Below are positions 59,036 through 64,000 of a stretch of DNA of 64,000 nucleotides, piece after piece. Source of the DNA: a bacterium (GTDB lineage: Bacteria > Zhuqueibacterota > Zhuqueibacteria > Residuimicrobiales > Krinioviventaceae); assembly GCA_963674595.2 (NCBI GenBank), contig CAXXFV010000020.1:34674-98673 (forward strand). Direction: 5' to 3'. The first letter of the stretch is position 1, and the number at the start of each line of letters is the position of its first letter. Position numbers and translations under genes: made by a program. The notes beneath the pieces are model-generated. The model saw only the letters and a list, made by a program, of their open reading frames with translations. It did not search any database and had not been told where the DNA came from.

Positions 59036-59721
59036 TCTTTAAATTCTATTTTATATCCGGATGTTGTAACCTTGATAACAGCGACATCCTCAAATGACGG
59101 AAACGTGTAAACGCTGTTGCCGTAAGATGATTTTACCAGCGGCAGCTTTTTCCCATACTTGTATAAAAAATTCCATATAACATGTTTTTCTTTGTCTGTT
59201 AAAGAATAAACGCTGGGCGTTAGCTGTTTTTGATCTTCAACGTCTTCATAACGTCCTTCAAGCCTTACAAGCCGATACATTGTATGCAGACCCAGAAAAT
59301 TTACAGCAGAATCCCATTGTAATATATCTCCGCCAATAGCCCATTGGTCTCCCCTCATGTCAAAAGTCAATGTGTCTGAAACACCTGTGACGTTCAACGG
59401 CATGACATTTAATCTGAAATCATAATTATCGTTTTCCGGAAAATCGCACACTATATATGCAACAGGTTCCTCTTTGGTAAAAGCGGTAAAAGCCCGTAAA
59501 AGAGAAGCATAAAGAAGCAAAATTGTCGCTGCCATAAAGAGCAGCAATATTGAAAAAAAACCAAGTCTGTTTCTACCGATAACCGGGTTTGCAGGATTTG
59601 GTTTTTGGTCATTTTTTGGCACAGGACGAAGAGATAGTAAAAATAATGATAAAATAAATGCAAAGAAAAATAACAGCCCATAAACAAAAATGGAATTCAT
59701 ATTTGACAAGCCATCAAGCAT
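59032..59721 (-). CDS. Hypothetical membrane protein
   Basis: Two N-terminal TM helices, then GDQW..GDILQW, YRL.RL.GRY, YGNSVY; function unknown. Confidence 0.6.
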   Translation of the reverse strand: MLDGLSNMNSIFVYGLLFFFAFILSLFLLSLRPVPKNDQKPNPANPVIGRNRLGFFSILLLFMAATILLLYASLLRAFTAFTKEEPVAYIVCDFPENDNYDFRLNVMPLNVTGVSDTLTFDMRGDQWAIGGDILQWDSAVNFLGLHTMYRLVRLEGRYEDVEDQKQLTPSVYSLTDKEKHVIWNFLYKYGKKLPLVKSSYGNSVYTFPSFEDVAVIKVTTSGYKIEFKD

Positions 59722-59881
59722 AAAAATAGCCTTTGCTGTAAAAAAGTGTGAAATATCCTGAATTTTTAGATATAATATATTGTTTATATACCAATATAAA
59801 TAAACATGCGGCAGAAAACAAGTCCCAGATTTGGTGAATGTAAGAAAATGCTGTTTTTATTATGTAAATCTAAAAATTCAA

Positions 59882-59910
59882 TTGAAATTACATGCGCAAT
59901 TTATTACTTT
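59882..59910 (+). promoter_or_regulatory. Candidate nqr operon promoter
   Basis: TTGAAA-17 nt-TACTTT about 70 nt before nqrA. Confidence 0.35.
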
Positions 59911-59982
59911 CAGGCCTAAATAGTTTTAAAAAAACAAGTCATAATACATTCTGGTTGTTTGAAAACGTTCGGAAAATTTAAC

Positions 59983-61332
59983 ATGGGTAAAATAAGCTTA
60001 AAAAAAGGACTTGATCTTCCAATTCTTGGCGAGCCAAAACAACAAATAGATGCTGCAAAACAAGTCAAGAGTGTTGCACTTCTTGGAGATGATTATGTCG
60101 GTATGAAACCGACGATGGCCGTCGCTGTTGGTGATCAGGTAAAATTAGGTCAGGTGCTTTTTACAGACAAAAAAATGCCGTCTGTAAAATACACGTCTCC
60201 GGGCACCGGTAAAATTGTTGCCATTAACAGAGGGGAAAAAAGAGCTTTTAAATCTATTGTTGTCGAATTGGAAGGGGATGAAGAAATCACTTTTCCATCT
60301 TTTTCTAATGACAAAATTAAAGATTTAAAACGAGAACAAATCGTAACACAGCTTGTCGATTCCGGGCAATGGACGGTTTTAAGGTCCCGGCCGTTTAGCA
60401 AAGTCGCTGATCCGGCTGCGGTGCCGCATTCCATTTTTATCACGGCAATGGACACAAATCCGTTGGCCCCGTCTGTGGAAACAATCCTTAAAGGTCAGGA
60501 AGAACTTTTTATTACCGGTACCACCATTCTTTCCAAACTGACGGATGGAAAGCTTTATTTGTGTAAATTGCCGAATACAAAAATTCCTCAGGCCGATTTA
60601 AACGCTCTTTCCGTCCATGAATTTCAAGGACCTCATCCGGCCGGAAATGTAGGAACACACATACATTTTTTAGACCCGGTAGGGCGGAATAAAACAGTTT
60701 GGTACATCAATGCACAGGATGTGGTTGCTTTGGCAATTCTGTTTACAACCGGTAAAATTTCCGTCGAAAGGATCGTTTCTTTGGCAGGCCCGGCTGTGAA
60801 AAATCCCCGGCTGCTGAAAACGCGCATCGGTGCGGCTGTTAATGACATTACTATGGATGAGATTAACGGTTCAGATCCCCGCATCATTTCCGGTTCTGTT
60901 CTGTCAGGGCATGAAGCCTCTGATATTAATGCTTTTCTTGGCCGATATCACCAGCAAATCAGCGTGTTGGAAGAAGGCCGTCAGAGAGAGTTTTTGGGAT
61001 GGCTTTCAATAGGAATGAACTTGTTCTCCGTAAAAAAGATTTTGGCTTCCAGTCTTGTTCCAAAGAAAAAATTCAATTTTACAACATCTTTAAATGGCGG
61101 TCCCCGGGCTATTGTTCCAATTGGCAGTTATGAAAAAGTAATGCCGCTGGATGTTTTGCCTGCTTATTTGTTAAGATCTCTGGCAGTAAATGATGTTGAA
61201 GAAGCGGAAAAACTCGGTTGTCTGGAACTTGACGAGGAAGATTTGGCATTATGCACATTTGTTTGTCCGTCAAAAATTGATCACGGTGCGAATTTGCGGG
61301 AAACATTAACTTTAATTGAAAAGGAAGGATAG
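59983..61332 (+). CDS. nqrA: Na(+)-translocating NADH:quinone reductase subunit A
   Basis: [47 protein letters not shown]. Confidence 0.96.
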   Translation: MGKISLKKGLDLPILGEPKQQIDAAKQVKSVALLGDDYVGMKPTMAVAVGDQVKLGQVLFTDKKMPSVKYTSPGTGKIVAINRGEKRAFKSIVVELEGDEEITFPSFSNDKIKDLKREQIVTQLVDSGQWTVLRSRPFSKVADPAAVPHSIFITAMDTNPLAPSVETILKGQEELFITGTTILSKLTDGKLYLCKLPNTKIPQADLNALSVHEFQGPHPAGNVGTHIHFLDPVGRNKTVWYINAQDVVALAILFTTGKISVERIVSLAGPAVKNPRLLKTRIGAAVNDITMDEINGSDPRIISGSVLSGHEASDINAFLGRYHQQISVLEEGRQREFLGWLSIGMNLFSVKKILASSLVPKKKFNFTTSLNGGPRAIVPIGSYEKVMPLDVLPAYLLRSLAVNDVEEAEKLGCLELDEEDLALCTFVCPSKIDHGANLRETLTLIEKEG

Positions 61333-62531
61333 TGAAAGCTTTAAGGAATTTTCTGGATAAACAGGAGAAACACTTTGTTAAAGGAGGTAAATACCATTGG
61401 TTTTATCCTCTTTATGAAGTGATCGACACTTTTTTGTTTACATCGGGAAAAGTCACCAAATCCGGTTCACATATTCGCGACGCCATGGACCTGAAAAGAA
61501 TGATGATGGTTGTTGTTTATGCGTTGATTCCTGCCGTTTTAATGGCTTTTTATAATACCGGATTACAGGCGAACCTGGCTATAGCCGGAATGGGTGATGC
61601 CGCTATAACCACATGGCAGGCCAAGCTGGTAGCTGCCTTGGGAATTGGCTTTAATCCTGATAATATTTTTGCAAATTTTATTCATGGCGCTTTATTTTTC
61701 CTTCCTGTTTATATTGTTACCCTGGCAGTCGGTGGTGTTTGGGAAGTTCTCTTTGCTTTGGTCAGAAAGCACGAAGTGAATGAAGGTTTTTTAGTAACGA
61801 GTTTGCTGTTTCCTCTTATTCTGCCCCCGAATATTCCATACTGGCAGGTTGCCATCGGTATCAGTTTTGGCGTTGTTATTGGTAAAGAAGTTTTCGGCGG
61901 TGTGGGAATGAATATTTTAAATCCTGCATTGACCGGCAGAGTGTTATTGTTTTTTGCCTATCCGGCACAAATATCCGGTGATAAAGTATGGGTTGCAGTG
62001 GACGGATTAAGCCGGGCCACACCTTTGGCCCAACTTTCTGATCCGGCTTTAACGTTCTCAACATCATGGCTCGATGCTTTTTTGGGTTTTATTCCGGGTT
62101 CTATGGGAGAAACTTCCACTCTCGCCTGCTTAATTGGCGCTGTCATTCTTATCGCCACAGGAATCGGTTCCTGGCGTATTATGGTCAGCATTGTTGTTGG
62201 AATGACGGCACTGTCCGGATTATTTAATTTAATAGGAAGCGGTTCGAATCCCATGTTTGCTGTAACTCCTTTACAACATTTGGTGTTCGGCGGATTTGCT
62301 TTTGGGACAGTTTTTATGGCCACAGACCCGGTAAGCGCTGCTTTTACGGAAAAAGGCAAAATCGTTTATGGATTGTTGATCGGTGCGGTAACAGTACTTG
62401 TTCGTGTTCTTAATCCTGCCTTTCCTGAAGGAATGATGCTTGCCATTCTTTTTATGAATGTTTTTGCGCCCATTATTGATCGAATTTATATCAATGCAAA
62501 TATTAAAAGGAGACAGTTGCGAAATGTCTAA
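61332..62531 (+). CDS. nqrB: Na(+)-NQR subunit B
   Basis: [50 protein letters not shown]. Confidence 0.96.
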   Translation: MKALRNFLDKQEKHFVKGGKYHWFYPLYEVIDTFLFTSGKVTKSGSHIRDAMDLKRMMMVVVYALIPAVLMAFYNTGLQANLAIAGMGDAAITTWQAKLVAALGIGFNPDNIFANFIHGALFFLPVYIVTLAVGGVWEVLFALVRKHEVNEGFLVTSLLFPLILPPNIPYWQVAIGISFGVVIGKEVFGGVGMNILNPALTGRVLLFFAYPAQISGDKVWVAVDGLSRATPLAQLSDPALTFSTSWLDAFLGFIPGSMGETSTLACLIGAVILIATGIGSWRIMVSIVVGMTALSGLFNLIGSGSNPMFAVTPLQHLVFGGFAFGTVFMATDPVSAAFTEKGKIVYGLLIGAVTVLVRVLNPAFPEGMMLAILFMNVFAPIIDRIYINANIKRRQLRNV

Positions 62532-63321
62532 CGACAGTACAAAAAAAATGATTCTTGTTGCTTTAGGCGTATGTCTTGTGTGTTCCATACTTGTCTCAAC
62601 CGCTGCTGTATCTTTACAGGGAAAGCAGCAGGCTAATAAAAGATTGGACAAGTATAAAAATATTTTGATGGCCGGAGACTTGTATGATGATGGCGTCGAT
62701 ATAGAAAAAGTTTATAATGAAAAGATAAAGTCGGAACTGGTTGATCTGGTCAACGGCGTTATTGTGCCTAAAGATGACTATAATGAAATGTTGAATACCG
62801 AATCCTTTGATATCAAAACAATGGCAGCGAGTACTGAATATGGAAGAGCTATTCCATCGGATAAAGATATAGCTGATATTAAAAGGATGCCGAATTATAT
62901 GGCCATTTACGAGGTTGTGGAAAATGGTCAGATTGAAAAGTATATTTTACCCATGTATGGAAAAGGATTGTGGTCCACCATGTATGGGTTTATGGCTTTA
63001 GCTAAAGATCTAAAAACCATCAAAGGATTTACATTTTATGACCACGGTGAAACACCAGGACTTGGTGGTGAGGTTGATAATCCCAAGTGGAAGGCCCTTT
63101 GGAAGAATAAGCTTGCTTTTGATGATGATTGGAATGAACAGATAGAGGTTATTAAAGGAAAAGTCGACAAAGGTAGTCCAAAAGCAAAATATCAGGTGGA
63201 TGGTTTGTCCGGTTCCACTCTTACAACCCGGGGTGTTGATAATCTTGTAAAATTTTGGTTAAGTGAAAGCGGATATGTTCCCTTTATCAATAAACTCCGG
63301 GAGGAAGGGATAAATGAGTAA
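62524..63321 (+). CDS. nqrC: Na(+)-NQR subunit C
   Basis: [48 protein letters not shown]; AGGAG SD. Confidence 0.96.
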   Translation: MSNDSTKKMILVALGVCLVCSILVSTAAVSLQGKQQANKRLDKYKNILMAGDLYDDGVDIEKVYNEKIKSELVDLVNGVIVPKDDYNEMLNTESFDIKTMAASTEYGRAIPSDKDIADIKRMPNYMAIYEVVENGQIEKYILPMYGKGLWSTMYGFMALAKDLKTIKGFTFYDHGETPGLGGEVDNPKWKALWKNKLAFDDDWNEQIEVIKGKVDKGSPKAKYQVDGLSGSTLTTRGVDNLVKFWLSESGYVPFINKLREEGINE

Positions 63322-63934
63322 ATATAAAACAATATTATTGGACCCGGTTTTTGATAATAATCCGATTGGAAAACAAATTCTGGGGATTTGTTCAGCGCTT
63401 GCTGTTACATCAAAGCTGGAAACCTCTATTGTTATGTCGTTGGCAGTAATTTTTGTTGTGGCCTTTTCAAACCTGGCTGTCAGTTTGATCCGAAATCATG
63501 TGTCCAGCAGTATCCGAATTTTAGTTGAAATGACGATTATCGCTTCTTTGGTTATCATCGCCGATCAGTTGATTAAAGCTTTTGCTTATGATATCAGCAA
63601 ACAATTGTCCGTTTATGTCGGTTTGATTATAACAAACTGTATCATTCTCGGCAGGGCAGAAGCCTTTGCTTTAAAAAATCCTCCTATATTGAGCTTTTTA
63701 GATGGTATAGGCAATGGATTGGGATACAGTTTTGTTTTACTGGTTGTCGGATTTATCAGAGAACTTGTCGGGTCAGGCAAACTTCTTGGTTATACGATCT
63801 TACAAGTCAACACTGATGGTGGATGGTATGTTCCAAACGGACTGTTTGTATTGCCTGCCAGTGCTTTTTTAATAATTGGTCTTTTGATTTGGGTCCTCAG
63901 GGTTTGGAAACCTGAACAAGTTGAAGAGGAATAA
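63314..63934 (+). CDS. nqrD: Na(+)-NQR subunit D
   Basis: [38 protein letters not shown]. Confidence 0.96.
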   Translation: MSKYKTILLDPVFDNNPIGKQILGICSALAVTSKLETSIVMSLAVIFVVAFSNLAVSLIRNHVSSSIRILVEMTIIASLVIIADQLIKAFAYDISKQLSVYVGLIITNCIILGRAEAFALKNPPILSFLDGIGNGLGYSFVLLVVGFIRELVGSGKLLGYTILQVNTDGGWYVPNGLFVLPASAFLIIGLLIWVLRVWKPEQVEEE

Positions 63935-63937
63935 AAA

Positions 63938-64000
63938 ATGTTTGAACAATATCTCAGCCTTTTCATAAAATCGGTTTTTATCGAAAATATGGCATTGGCC
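63938..64000 (+). CDS. nqrE: Na(+)-NQR subunit E, N-terminal fragment (truncated by window edge)
   Basis: MFEQYLSLFIKSVFIENMALA directly after nqrD. Confidence 0.9.
   Translation, partial: MFEQYLSLFIKSVFIENMALA

Noticed and set aside
62241-62252. GGTTCGAATCCC, a tRNA T-arm-like motif
   Set aside because: Lies inside nqrB coding sequence (GSNP); no acceptor stem, D arm or anticodon arm around it.
658-62651. Numerous 60-150 aa ORFs overlapping the main genes on the opposite strand or in other frames
   Set aside because: Shadow ORFs with no motifs or SD, overlapping well-supported genes.
1-64000. CRISPR arrays, IS elements, integrases, prophage or defence genes, rRNA
   Set aside because: No regularly spaced repeats and no transposase, recombinase, phage or nuclease motifs seen by eye; short or degenerate elements could be missed.

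Overview
AT-rich bacterial chromosomal window with no rRNA, tRNA, CRISPR array or mobile element that I can support. Shine-Dalgarno usage, many lipoproteins and FCB-superphylum-type gene families suggest a KSB1/Calditrichaeota-like organism (inference only). Layout: (1) 1-14.3 kb is a polysaccharide-utilisation cluster with three heparinase II/III-type lyases, two SSS symporters, an Asp-box protein, a GDPD, an aldo/keto reductase and a Tat Gfo/Idh/MocA enzyme. (2) 14.6-26.3 kb holds housekeeping genes (csp, rocD, trpS, S9 peptidase, crcB-DUF190, SerB-SerA fusion) and a lipoprotein that looks like a circularly permuted FlgD/T9SS-CTD-like domain. (3) 26.4-28.7 kb is the most unusual locus: a 75-aa ORF enclosed by long-range complementary sequences, then a protein joining a cyanophycin-synthetase N-domain with an intact Cx19HxxEH motif to a helical RsbRD_N-like region and a receiver domain, then a thioredoxin. 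(4) 28.7-36.4 kb has a sugar oxidoreductase/TIM-barrel pair, a second csp, a CoA-activase-like pair and an orphan GroES-like gene. (5) 36.4-57 kb encodes envelope glycan genes, including an AT-richer nonulosonic acid (KDN-like) cluster with a divergent NeuB-cytidylyltransferase fusion. (6) The end carries a histidine kinase, an SDR and nqrABCD plus the start of nqrE. All calls come from motif recognition, not database searches.
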